Of a DNA stretch of 23,694 bases, positions 1-8,777 are shown piece after piece. The notes under the pieces were generated by a model, which worked only from the letters and a program-made list of their open reading frames with translations, was not told where the DNA came from and ran no database searches. Position numbers and translations under genes: made by a program. This DNA is from an uncultured Candidatus Saccharibacteria bacterium (GTDB lineage: Bacteria > Patescibacteriota > Saccharimonadia > Saccharimonadales > CAZNVG01): NCBI GenBank assembly GCA_964576475.1, contig CAZNVG010000015.1:1-23694 (forward strand). The letters are read 5' to 3'. Within the stretch, counting starts at the first letter, position 1. Each line of letters begins with the position of its first letter.

Positions 1-271
1 GAGCAAGACATATCCTACAATACGGGACCAAGCTATAGTGCTGATGCGGTGCTGCACCCAGACAAACTTATTCCCTTCGTAGAGAAACACATGCGCTATC
101 TAAACAATCACCCTCAAACAAATCCTCGGCAATACCTTGCGAATCTCCGTTTGATGACAAAAGTTCGCAAATAGTAGGCGGTCTGCACAGTATATATCTG
201 GGCTTGTTGTTCGTTATATGCGGTAGTATCATTAGCATAACTACAATAAACAAATCAGGCGGTATTAGCAC

Positions 272-1603
272 GTGAGCAAAGTAACGAAGCAATCCCATGA
301 GAACATTGATGCATCTGCAACGCGTAAAAACAAACTAATTACCAAGATAGTACGGCATCCAGCAGTCCTCGCGGGAGTGCTTGTTGTGGTCGCGGTCGCA
401 ACCTTAGTTGCGGTGAATGCTGCAACAGTTCGAAAGAGTGTTCGCTTTGGGCTCGGCGGCGGTAGCCTCACTGGTACTGCAACTTCCCAACCGGATGGTA
501 GCGTTGCTTTTGCTTCAGGCGGCGGTGGTAGCGTTGCATCAGGTAAGTTCTATGTTGTCGGTAAGCAAATAGTAGATCCTGATGGAAATATATTTAGACC
601 AATGGGGGCTAATGTTGCGGTTAGACAGGCACCGTATCTCGAGAAGAACTTTGTATTTAACTACTTTGGAACAGCCAACGGTAAGAGCGAGGAAGTAAAA
701 GCTTGGGGCTGGAATACAATTCGTGTCAACGTAGCTTGCAACATAACAAGTAACCCATCGGTTAGCGAAACACTGGCTGGTCTTGATGAACTGATCAAGG
801 AATACACAGCCAAGAAACTCGTCGTGATGATCGACTGTCACGATGGCAACATTACTGTTAAGGACGTCAATTACGACAACCCATCGGTACAGAGCGCTAT
901 GAACTTCTTTGATACTTTAGCGAAAGCATACAAGAACAATCCTTATGTTTGGTTCAATACAGTGAACGAACCTTGGGGAAGTAGCAATATACCGCAGTGG
1001 TCAGATCTGCAAAACAAACTCTACGCACGCATTCGTGCCAATGCACCAGACAATATCTTCGTTGCCGACCTGTCAGGCGGGGGCAACGCTATAGAGAATC
1101 TTGTAGACGGCAACTTGCACGGCACGTATGGCGCCGGTAAGTGTAACCTTGTGTACGGATGGCATTCGTACGGCTTCATAAATGGTTTTGCTGATGACGC
1201 CAAGCACAAAGATTACATAAACCGACTTTCTGCTATGAATATACCTATGGTTGTAGGCGAACTCGGCGATCCTCTCAATGAGTTCGGTCAGCCACTCACA
1301 GCTCTTGGCTATCCAGGGGTGGCCGGCAACCCAACTCAAAACCGCATTGGTGCTAATGCGGTGATTAGTTACGCCGCACCCGCCGGGTATGGCTTACTGT
1401 GGTGGCATGCAACAGGTGATACAAATAGTTCGATTACGTATTCACTAACAACACGCAAGATTGCTCCATGGCTTGTTAACTCCTCTAACCTTAGCGAACT
1501 ATCTGCTACTGGTCGTCGTTATTGGGATGTGTCCCATCAAAACCATATACTCGGTAAGTTTACGGGCAATTTGAAAAACAGTAACTGTCCATCAGCTCCG
1601 TAG
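272..1603 (+). CDS. Membrane-anchored glycoside hydrolase family 5 (cellulase/mannanase-like)
   Basis: 443-aa ORF with a GTG start. Its N-terminus aligns residue-for-residue with the next gene (MSKVTKQSHENI vs MPKVSKQEHGSI), which supports the start. A basic stretch is followed by one TM helix. The GH5 acid/base NEP motif is present (FNTVNEPWG), as is the nucleophile GE (MVVGELGD). The ORF ends in a triple stop TAG TAG TAA. Confidence 0.7.
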   Translation: MSKVTKQSHENIDASATRKNKLITKIVRHPAVLAGVLVVVAVATLVAVNAATVRKSVRFGLGGGSLTGTATSQPDGSVAFASGGGGSVASGKFYVVGKQIVDPDGNIFRPMGANVAVRQAPYLEKNFVFNYFGTANGKSEEVKAWGWNTIRVNVACNITSNPSVSETLAGLDELIKEYTAKKLVVMIDCHDGNITVKDVNYDNPSVQSAMNFFDTLAKAYKNNPYVWFNTVNEPWGSSNIPQWSDLQNKLYARIRANAPDNIFVADLSGGGNAIENLVDGNLHGTYGAGKCNLVYGWHSYGFINGFADDAKHKDYINRLSAMNIPMVVGELGDPLNEFGQPLTALGYPGVAGNPTQNRIGANAVISYAAPAGYGLLWWHATGDTNSSITYSLTTRKIAPWLVNSSNLSELSATGRRYWDVSHQNHILGKFTGNLKNSNCPSAP

Positions 1604-1632
1604 TAGTAAATAATGCGAAAAGGCAATCTACT

Positions 1633-2874
1633 ATGCCAAAAGTTAGCAAACAAGAACACGGCAGTATAAATACAAAGCAAGCTCGAGCTAACGCTCGGGT
1701 AATGAGATATGCTCGCCATCCAATTACGATTGTTGTCATACTCCTGATAGTTATTGTTGGCGCAATTGTTGCAGTGCGTGCGGCGGGTGAACGCAAGAGT
1801 GTACGCTTTAGCTTGAGTGGCGGCTCAATCTCAGGTGGTGCGAGCGACACTGGAGGTAGTGTGGCGTTTGGCATTGGCACAACTAGCTGGTGGAAGCCGG
1901 CTCAGAATACGAAGTGGCAATGGGTGCTTAATGGAAAAGTAACGACTAATGAACTGGCTCGCTTTGACATGTACGACGTTGATCTGCAAAGCATGGTTCC
2001 GGCTCCTACCACACAAGAAGTAACATGGGCTAATGGACACAAGGCAACGATCACATGGCCAAAAGGTACCGAGAATCCAGGTATGATTCAAACCCTTAAG
2101 AGTAATGGCAAAAAGGTTATTTGTTACATCGACACAGGAGCGTTCGAAGATTATCGTCCAGACGCGTCATTGTTCCCGGGTAAATGGGGCGCGGCAAATA
2201 ATCGTGCACCAAGTGCCAACGGTGGCGGTCAGGACTTATGGGGTTCGACTGTTCCGTACGCTGGTCCGCCGCAATACGCCTCGCTTGATGTAATTGGTGG
2301 TGATTCAGAGGACAGCTCTGGTGCATCATTCAGTGGTGAATACTGGCTCGACCAACGAGAGCCAGCTTGGAAGGAAGTCTGGGGACCGATAATTTGGGCA
2401 CGGCTTGATCTTGCTAAAAAACTTGGTTGCGACGGTGTAGAGGGTGATCAGAACAACGCGTATGGCAATGACACGACATTTGGCGCCACACAGGCAATAA
2501 GCTTGCGGCTTTACCGAGAATTCTACTATCAAGCACACCTTCGTGGACTGACTGCAATTAGTAAAAACGGTATTGAGCTGACAGCTCAGCAAGTAACTGA
2601 ACCAGGCACGGCAGCTATTAGTTACTGTGCACCAGGGTTATGTGTTCCCGACGGAATACTTAACGAGGAATGTCAGCAATACAATGAGTGTGGTGACCTC
2701 GATCCGGCAACCAGCAAAGGTATGTGGGTAGGGCAGGTGGAGTACAAGGGCACGGCAACGTCAGTGTGTAGTGGCACAAATGGCGCAAATGCGAAAAAGC
2801 GTATGGCAATGAAAAAACCAGTTACCGATCCGGTTGATGAACGAATCTCGTTTGCCTGCTGGGAAACCCCGTAA
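1633..2874 (+). CDS. Membrane-anchored glycoside hydrolase family 114 (endo-alpha-1,4-polygalactosaminidase-like, PelA/Ega3 type)
   Basis: 413-aa ORF. An AAAGG Shine-Dalgarno sits about 10 nt upstream of the ATG. GH114 hallmarks from memory of the family: KWQWVL, KVICYIDTGAFEDYRPDASLFP, IIWARLDLAKKLGCDGVEGDQNNAYGND, ECQQYNECGDLDP...VGQVEY. It has the same N-terminal leader module as the GH5 gene. Confidence 0.7.
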   Translation: MPKVSKQEHGSINTKQARANARVMRYARHPITIVVILLIVIVGAIVAVRAAGERKSVRFSLSGGSISGGASDTGGSVAFGIGTTSWWKPAQNTKWQWVLNGKVTTNELARFDMYDVDLQSMVPAPTTQEVTWANGHKATITWPKGTENPGMIQTLKSNGKKVICYIDTGAFEDYRPDASLFPGKWGAANNRAPSANGGGQDLWGSTVPYAGPPQYASLDVIGGDSEDSSGASFSGEYWLDQREPAWKEVWGPIIWARLDLAKKLGCDGVEGDQNNAYGNDTTFGATQAISLRLYREFYYQAHLRGLTAISKNGIELTAQQVTEPGTAAISYCAPGLCVPDGILNEECQQYNECGDLDPATSKGMWVGQVEYKGTATSVCSGTNGANAKKRMAMKKPVTDPVDERISFACWETP

Positions 2875-2877
2875 CGG

Positions 2878-3648
2878 CTACAATCTTCCGTCAAGTATTA
2901 GCGTGCCGTCCATCGTTTCTATAAAGCCAACGATGTGCTCTGTAGTCTGAGTGGTTGATTCTATTGTCATACTAAGTGGAGCTGTCTTGTAAATATGTCG
3001 AGCTGTAGCTTCCTGTTCGGTGGAGCGCATTGTGCCGAGTTGAGTGTAGGTGTGCGATGGAAGTAATTCAGGTTTTTCGTTGTTCGCCCATATTGGACCG
3101 AACCACGTGTCGCGGAGAACTTCTGCACCTCCAGAATGCGGTTCGATAATTCGCAACATTATAGTGCGCATGTGGGAGCGAGCGGAAGGGTCGTCCACAA
3201 ACTGACGACTAGCCAGTCGCGGCCTCTTCGCATCAAACAGCCCAATTTGTATTGTTTCGTCGACAGCGAGTTTTCCGACATCTAAAAAGCCCCATGTTTT
3301 TACATCCATATCAATAGATCGTCTGTAGTTTTCGTTGGCCAACTCCATCTTGCGTAGGTCAAAGGAGTGTTGTAAATGATGCGCTAATTCATCGTTGCCG
3401 ACAATTTGCGCGTATAGAGCGGCAAACTCTACTGGAGAGAGTTCGGATAGACGTTCGGCAATCAAGGGTTCCGATACACGAACAAACGCTTCGGTGAATA
3501 CGGCATCGAGATTATCATCTGGCTGTGTCTCATCTTGCAAGCGGGCAGTAATATAGTCATGAATAGACTGCGCCATCTCTAAAGTGGTTTCGTCAGGCAG
3601 TATATCTGTCGGTGTTGGCTCGCTTGGTGAACGTTTTTCTCGTGCCAT
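2878..3648 (-). CDS. Hypothetical protein (no recognised domain)
   Basis: 256-aa ORF convergent with the GH114 gene. On the minus strand a GGAG Shine-Dalgarno lies 6 nt before the ATG, with TATAGT upstream. Coding-like composition. Confidence 0.6.
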   Translation of the reverse strand: MAREKRSPSEPTPTDILPDETTLEMAQSIHDYITARLQDETQPDDNLDAVFTEAFVRVSEPLIAERLSELSPVEFAALYAQIVGNDELAHHLQHSFDLRKMELANENYRRSIDMDVKTWGFLDVGKLAVDETIQIGLFDAKRPRLASRQFVDDPSARSHMRTIMLRIIEPHSGGAEVLRDTWFGPIWANNEKPELLPSHTYTQLGTMRSTEQEATARHIYKTAPLSMTIESTTQTTEHIVGFIETMDGTLILDGRL

Positions 3649-3933
3649 ATGTGACGCTCCGTTTTATAACTATACACATTCGTCGTCTACGACTCATCAG
3701 CATGGCTGGTTTCATCCATGGTGTGTAGGTGAGGGTGCTTGCTTGTAATGGTGTCGCGAACGACAAATCCAGAACAAGAGCACTCCTCACAGGAGATTAG
3801 CGGTCTCTCCCAACCGAGTGATTTTCACGAGTGCTCACAACGTGAGTGCCGTGCTGTACTGATCACTACTTCAGTAGTTCACTTTGACCCCATAGTAGGT
3901 CCTAGTGCGAACAAACTAGTTCATCGGACTGCT

Positions 3934-5937
3934 TCAGCTGTCGGAGGACTCCGGCTCGGCTGCGCCGACGGTCGCCAGTTCCGGCTTGTGGCCGTTGTCG
4001 TTGACCTGGCCGGCCGCAAGCGATGCCATGACCATGGCGCTGATCGCGTCGCCGGTACCGCCCGAGCTGCCAACCTGGATGTTCGGCGTGATCACGACAC
4101 GGCCCTTGGCGATGGCTTCGATGACTGCGACTGCAGCCGTCTGCGCCTCGCCGATGGCCTCCTTCTGAGCCTGGAAGCCCGCCGCGACCGCGAGACCCTT
4201 GGCCTTCTCGGCATCCGCCGTGGCGGTACCGATCGCCTTGATCTTGGCAGCTTCGGCATCGCCGACCGTGGTGGTCACCTCGGCCTTGCCCTTGGCTTCC
4301 GCGACGTTGGCTTCTGCCTCACGCGTCTTGATCTCGACCGAGACCTTCGCCTTGGCGAGGTCGCCCTGCATGTCGGCTTCACCGCGCTGCGCTTCGAGCG
4401 CGACGCGTGCCTGCTGGGCGTCCTGCTGAGACTTGAAGGTCTCCTTCTCCTGCGCCGCGATCTCGCGTGTCGTCAGAACTTCGACGAGCGATTGCGGGAA
4501 CACGACGTCCTGGATGTAGACACCGCGGACTTCGACGAGGTAGTCCTCGAGGTAGTCCTTGATGTACGTCATGGCGTCGGCCTGGACGGCGGTACGCGTC
4601 TCGATGAACTCCATGGCGGTGAGTTCCTGCAGCTTGTTCCGGAAGTGGTTGCCCACTGCCGACTGCAGGACCTCGTTGACCAGGTTCTCCATCGAGGCGA
4701 CGCTGCCGATGACGCGAGGCGCGTTGGTGTCGGGCACGTGGATCTGAACCTGCAGATCGATCTTGAAGCTGAAGGCCTCGCGGCTCTTGGCTTCGATCGG
4801 GCTGAGGTTCGCGTCCAGGCTGTGTGCCTCGCTCGTTGCGTTCGCCCAGTTGAGCGTCAGGATCGAGGTCGGCACGATCTTCGCCTGGTAGATGCGCGGG
4901 TTCAACGGGTACTTGCCCGTGCGCAGCGATTCCTTCCAGATGCCCCGATGTCCCGGCTGGACGATCGAACCATGCTTGTACGTCTCACCCGAGGTGTCGA
5001 GCGGCGGCAAGCCCACGTAGGACTTGATGACGCCGACCTCACCTTGGTTGACGACCAGCATCGGCACGATCTCGACCGAGAACAGGAACGGGTTCAGCAG
5101 GTAGGTGCCGTAGAGCAGCGGGTCGTGTTGCAACCCGATGCGTCCGCCGGCCTCCAGGAACGCTTCGAAGTCCTGGTAGTTGTTGTGGAGGTTGTTCTTC
5201 GTCCCCAACAACAGCTGGATGATCTCTGCGTCGCTGGCTCCCTCGGCTTCCTTGGCCGTGATGTCCTCGAAGCCACCCAGCCGGCATGCCATGTCGCCCG
5301 AGGGCAAAGGCGGTCCTTCGTTCGCCGTGACGATGCCGATGTAGTCGACCGAGTCGTCGTTCGGGTTTGGCCGAATGACGGTTGTCGACAACTGATCGGG
5401 CGTCAGACGAGAGATCGCTGCCGAGGTGCCCTCGGAAACGACCTTGCCGTAGGTGGCGCCGAGCGTTGCGACGGCGAAGGCGACAGGATGCATCGGGATG
5501 GTCGTGCCTGGAGGCAGAACCGGCCGTTGCACACCGCGCTGACCGCCGTTCGCCATGAAGGCTGGCAGATCACTGAAGTCACCGAGTGCCGGCGTGTATT
5601 CAGCGGTCTTCGCACCGGGAACGGTCGGGTTGCCGACCTGTGCGATGACCACGCCGATGCCGCCAGGAGGAATCTGCACCCAAGGGTACAGCTCCACCTT
5701 GTAGAGCGGCCACAGCTTGAATCGCCAGCCCGGCATCAGAACATCGGGTTGATAACCGGCTTCGCCCTTCTGGGCGATGAGCTGGTTCTCGCCCTTCTTT
5801 CCCCATGCCTTGGTGACCAGTCCGATCTTGGACGGGCCGATGTTGTGCAGGGAATTCGTGATGAACTTCCAGAGGAAGAGCAACACCACGAGTCCGCCTG
5901 CAGCGAATCCGATGAGTTTGAAAGGTACGTCGTCCAC
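3934..5937 (-). CDS. Flotillin / SPFH (band-7, YqiK-like) membrane scaffold protein. High-GC island 1.
   Basis: N-terminal TM helix (FKLIGFAAGGLVVLLFLW), then an SPFH domain, then a C-terminal Ala/Glu/Lys-rich flotillin repeat region ending ...KGRVVITPNIQVGSSGG. This matches the canonical flotillin C-terminus. Preferred start is GTG at 5937, preceded by AGGAGA (5946-5941). The spacing is only 3 nt, so the start is uncertain. The six-frame ORF runs on to TTG at 6003, and an in-frame ATG at 5994 would add 19 low-GC residues. Strong GC3 bias on the minus strand. Confidence 0.75.
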   Translation of the reverse strand: MDDVPFKLIGFAAGGLVVLLFLWKFITNSLHNIGPSKIGLVTKAWGKKGENQLIAQKGEAGYQPDVLMPGWRFKLWPLYKVELYPWVQIPPGGIGVVIAQVGNPTVPGAKTAEYTPALGDFSDLPAFMANGGQRGVQRPVLPPGTTIPMHPVAFAVATLGATYGKVVSEGTSAAISRLTPDQLSTTVIRPNPNDDSVDYIGIVTANEGPPLPSGDMACRLGGFEDITAKEAEGASDAEIIQLLLGTKNNLHNNYQDFEAFLEAGGRIGLQHDPLLYGTYLLNPFLFSVEIVPMLVVNQGEVGVIKSYVGLPPLDTSGETYKHGSIVQPGHRGIWKESLRTGKYPLNPRIYQAKIVPTSILTLNWANATSEAHSLDANLSPIEAKSREAFSFKIDLQVQIHVPDTNAPRVIGSVASMENLVNEVLQSAVGNHFRNKLQELTAMEFIETRTAVQADAMTYIKDYLEDYLVEVRGVYIQDVVFPQSLVEVLTTREIAAQEKETFKSQQDAQQARVALEAQRGEADMQGDLAKAKVSVEIKTREAEANVAEAKGKAEVTTTVGDAEAAKIKAIGTATADAEKAKGLAVAAGFQAQKEAIGEAQTAAVAVIEAIAKGRVVITPNIQVGSSGGTGDAISAMVMASLAAGQVNDNGHKPELATVGAAEPESSDS

Positions 5938-5974
5938 ATGTCTCCTTTGATAGTGTGCGTGGGCAATCAAATAT

Positions 5975-6003
5975 ACTATAAAACTTCGTTGCATAAATAG
6001 CAA
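5975..6003 (-). promoter_or_regulatory. Sigma70-like promoter TTGCTA-17nt-TATAGT upstream of the flotillin gene
   Basis: On the minus strand the -35 TTGCTA is at 6003-5998, the spacer is exactly 17 nt, and the -10 TATAGT is at 5980-5975. It is AT-rich, in the background style, and sits immediately upstream of the GC-rich CDS. Confidence 0.4.
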
Positions 6004-6113
6004 TGAATGACTATGAAATATTTACAAATCGTCAAAAACGTACATAGCACCATTGTCTGTAGATAGAAGTCGTTAGACTTGCGAGTGGAAGGTAAACCCT
6101 CTAGTCTAAGGTT

Positions 6114-7394
6114 ATGCCTAAACCAAAAATACTACTTAAGAAAGTCGCTGCAAAGCTTGGACTAATCGCTGCACAAACAGAAGCTAGAGCGGTTGACGAG
6201 GCGCTTGACTATATTGCTGATTATTGGGAGACGCTTAAGCGTGAACATATTGAAGACAGTGGCACAATTATAGGTTTGCCAAATCCGTATATTGTTCCTG
6301 CGACGGACAAGAAAGCTCGCTTTTCCTTTGAAGAGCAGTATTACTGGGACAGTTATTTCATAGCTTTAGGGTTAGTGAACACAAAACATCAGAAGATAGC
6401 CGAGGGTATGCTCGAGAACCTCCTGCATATATATAAACGATTCGACTTTATACCAAACGCCAGTCGAATGTATCTGATGAGCCGTTCGCAGCCTCCAGTA
6501 CTCACAAGTTTTATACGGCTCATATATGAAACTGGTAAGAAAGATCACCAATGGCTAAAAGATCATATGGCAGTTGCTGAGGACGAATATAGAAAAGTAT
6601 GGATGAATGATACGCACCCACTGTGGCATCGCGTTCATAAAGGACTTAGTCGATACTATGACGTAAATGTGTTGCACGATCTTGCAGAGGCTGAATCTGG
6701 GTGGGATATGACGCCGCGTTTTGAGAGAAAATGTCTTGACTACTTACCCATAGATCTTAACTCGTTGCTCTATAAGTATGAGATGGATTTTGCGTGGGGC
6801 GCACAAATATATGGCACAGCAAAGCAGGTGCATGCATGGCAGAATAGCGCGCGCAAACGAAAGAACGAAGTAGATAAACTCATGTGGCATAAACGTAAGG
6901 CCATGTATTTTGATTACAACTACGCTAAGTCGCAGCTTGGGGATGTCTGGTCGCTGGCTGGATACTTCCCGCTATGGTCGGGAATGGCCTCAGCAGAGCA
7001 GGCTGAGCGACTGGTACGTAATATTACCAAGTTCGAACAAACTGGAGGGCTTACGACAACGACGCGCCCTCTTATAGATACGAGTATCTTCGGATCGTTA
7101 AAGACACAGTGGGCCTATCCAAATGGGTGGTCTCCACTTCATTGGGTGGTTATTGAAGGACTTGAGAACTATGGCTATCATGACGACGCACAAAGAATCG
7201 CTCATAAATGGATTCACACCAATTTAGACTGGTATGAGCGACATGGGGAGTTTATTGAAAAATACAATGTCGTTAATCCACGAAAGCATCCTGTAGAAGG
7301 TGTTTATCCTAGTCAGAGCGGATTTGGGTGGACGAACGCAGTGTTTGCGCGCCTGGTAGAAAAATATCCGTTCGATCAAGTTAGCGAGCAGTAA
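6114..7394 (+). CDS. treF: Trehalase, GH37 (cytoplasmic TreF-like, no signal peptide)
   Basis: Trehalase signature 1: ARFSFEEQYYWDSYFIALGL (compare PGGRFxExYxWDxY). Signature 2: QWAYPNGWSPLHW (compare QWDxPNxWAPL). Also DLAEAESGWDMTPRF. 426 aa. Confidence 0.85.
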   Translation: MPKPKILLKKVAAKLGLIAAQTEARAVDEALDYIADYWETLKREHIEDSGTIIGLPNPYIVPATDKKARFSFEEQYYWDSYFIALGLVNTKHQKIAEGMLENLLHIYKRFDFIPNASRMYLMSRSQPPVLTSFIRLIYETGKKDHQWLKDHMAVAEDEYRKVWMNDTHPLWHRVHKGLSRYYDVNVLHDLAEAESGWDMTPRFERKCLDYLPIDLNSLLYKYEMDFAWGAQIYGTAKQVHAWQNSARKRKNEVDKLMWHKRKAMYFDYNYAKSQLGDVWSLAGYFPLWSGMASAEQAERLVRNITKFEQTGGLTTTTRPLIDTSIFGSLKTQWAYPNGWSPLHWVVIEGLENYGYHDDAQRIAHKWIHTNLDWYERHGEFIEKYNVVNPRKHPVEGVYPSQSGFGWTNAVFARLVEKYPFDQVSEQ

Positions 7395-7977
7395 AGTAGT
7401 CAACCCGTACGACCTGCGACATCGCCACCTGTCCAACTGTGGCTTGCGTATATGGTTGTTCAGACGCCCACTCAGTGCTGGCGCGCAGTGTCGGTAGATC
7501 AAGTATTCTCTCCCAACTCGCTACTATATGCGAATTTCTGGTCGTCATGTCCTCGCCAGCAGCGCGAGCCTGGTTATAGTCGGCATAGAATTCATCGTAC
7601 TCTGTCTCGCTGAGAGGCACTAGCGACGGATTGGAGCCGAGAAGCATGTGCCAGCTGTCGTAATCACTCAGAAGCACCTCGCTCTTTGGTGCACGAAAAT
7701 GTACCCGAACACCATCTGTCCCACGCTCTAAGTGGTATCTGTTTCTTAAATCTGGTTTTGGTTCAGCCCAGGCCCAGATGGGATAGTTGCCCTCATAATT
7801 GACGAGACGTTCGGTCATTTTTTGCATCAACCAACGATAGGCGGGCCTAAAATCAGTATGTGCAATACGCCTTCCATCTGCGCGAAGAACGCCTTTTGTT
7901 TCTGCTTGACGCCAAAATTCGAGCGGCTGTATTGTCCAAAGCTGCAGTTCGCTGGTCTCCATGGGTAGGTCACTCAT
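7381..7977 (-). CDS. Hypothetical protein, resembles DUF3841-type proteins (recollection only)
   Basis: 198-aa ORF. Its 3' end overlaps the trehalase gene convergently by 14 nt. Starts MSDLPMETSEL... TATACT lies 19 nt upstream of the ATG on the minus strand. Confidence 0.55.
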   Translation of the reverse strand: MSDLPMETSELQLWTIQPLEFWRQAETKGVLRADGRRIAHTDFRPAYRWLMQKMTERLVNYEGNYPIWAWAEPKPDLRNRYHLERGTDGVRVHFRAPKSEVLLSDYDSWHMLLGSNPSLVPLSETEYDEFYADYNQARAAGEDMTTRNSHIVASWERILDLPTLRASTEWASEQPYTQATVGQVAMSQVVRVDYFTAR

Positions 7978-8021
7978 ATAAAACTATTGCTAAAGTATAG
8001 CAAAAATGATCTTATAGTGAT

Positions 8022-8777
8022 ATGGAAATGCTTGTCGATAAACATCTCTATGACTTTGAACTCTGGGAACGAGAGCTCAAAACAATGAATAGCGACGAGT
8101 TACGTGAGCGATTCTTTCTTGATGTGCAATCATGGACTACATTTGAAGACAGAGCACAAATGTCGGCAGCGTTTGAACTTGCGGCATTCTTGCACGCAGA
8201 CGACCAGTACGGCAATGACGAATATACGAGACATACATTTAGAGTAGCGACTCGACTTGAGCATTATTATGGAGTGCGTGATGTTAATGTATTGACCGCA
8301 GCACCCCTGCACGACAGTGTTGAGGATCATCCAAAACTCATGGAGTTATTGTTGCCGAGCGATCTGCGTCGAGAAAACACAAATGCATCGGCGCTTCATT
8401 TTATTGAGCAGACTTTTAATGCAGATGTTGCATATCTGGTTGCAGGTATGACCAATCCTTGGTTTGGCGATAATCTCTCACTTGAAGAATTTCATGCAGC
8501 TTACCAACAATCGGTTTCCGATAAGATTCAGGGAGACCCCCGAAAAGCGGTTATCAAAGTAGCCGATATTGATGACAATGCACTCGGTCTACACCATGCA
8601 CCCAGCCTTGCGTTTCAGAAGCGACAAGTACCAAAATATGCGCCAATTCTGCCTATTATTAGACAGGAACTCCTGACTGGCATGCTACCGTCTGTTATGT
8701 CATCCGCGGCAGTGCCACATCTCCTTGCTAAGATAGACGCTGCTGAAGTGCGTTTTGCGGGAATTCTTTCGCGATGA
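8022..8777 (+). CDS. HD-domain metal-dependent phosphohydrolase
   Basis: The H...HD...D arrangement is present (RHTFRVATRLEH ... LHDSVEDHP). 251 aa. Its stop overlaps the next ORF start as ATGA. Confidence 0.65.
   Translation: MEMLVDKHLYDFELWERELKTMNSDELRERFFLDVQSWTTFEDRAQMSAAFELAAFLHADDQYGNDEYTRHTFRVATRLEHYYGVRDVNVLTAAPLHDSVEDHPKLMELLLPSDLRRENTNASALHFIEQTFNADVAYLVAGMTNPWFGDNLSLEEFHAAYQQSVSDKIQGDPRKAVIKVADIDDNALGLHHAPSLAFQKRQVPKYAPILPIIRQELLTGMLPSVMSSAAVPHLLAKIDAAEVRFAGILSR

Noticed and set aside
3739-6000. 753-aa ORF on the plus strand
   Set aside because: It is the antisense reading of the GC-rich flotillin gene. It has Arg/Leu/Asp/Gly-rich low-complexity translation, no SD or start context, and GC3 bias pointing to the minus strand. 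The minus-strand product has clear SPFH/flotillin homology. Long antisense ORFs are expected in DNA at about 65% GC.
5992-6003. TTG (6003) or ATG (5994) as the flotillin start codon
   Set aside because: Both lie inside or upstream of the predicted TTGCTA-17-TATAGT promoter, and they would add a low-GC, non-conserved extension. The GTG at 5937 directly follows AGGAGA, though the 3-nt spacing is short. I keep that as the most likely start with moderate confidence.
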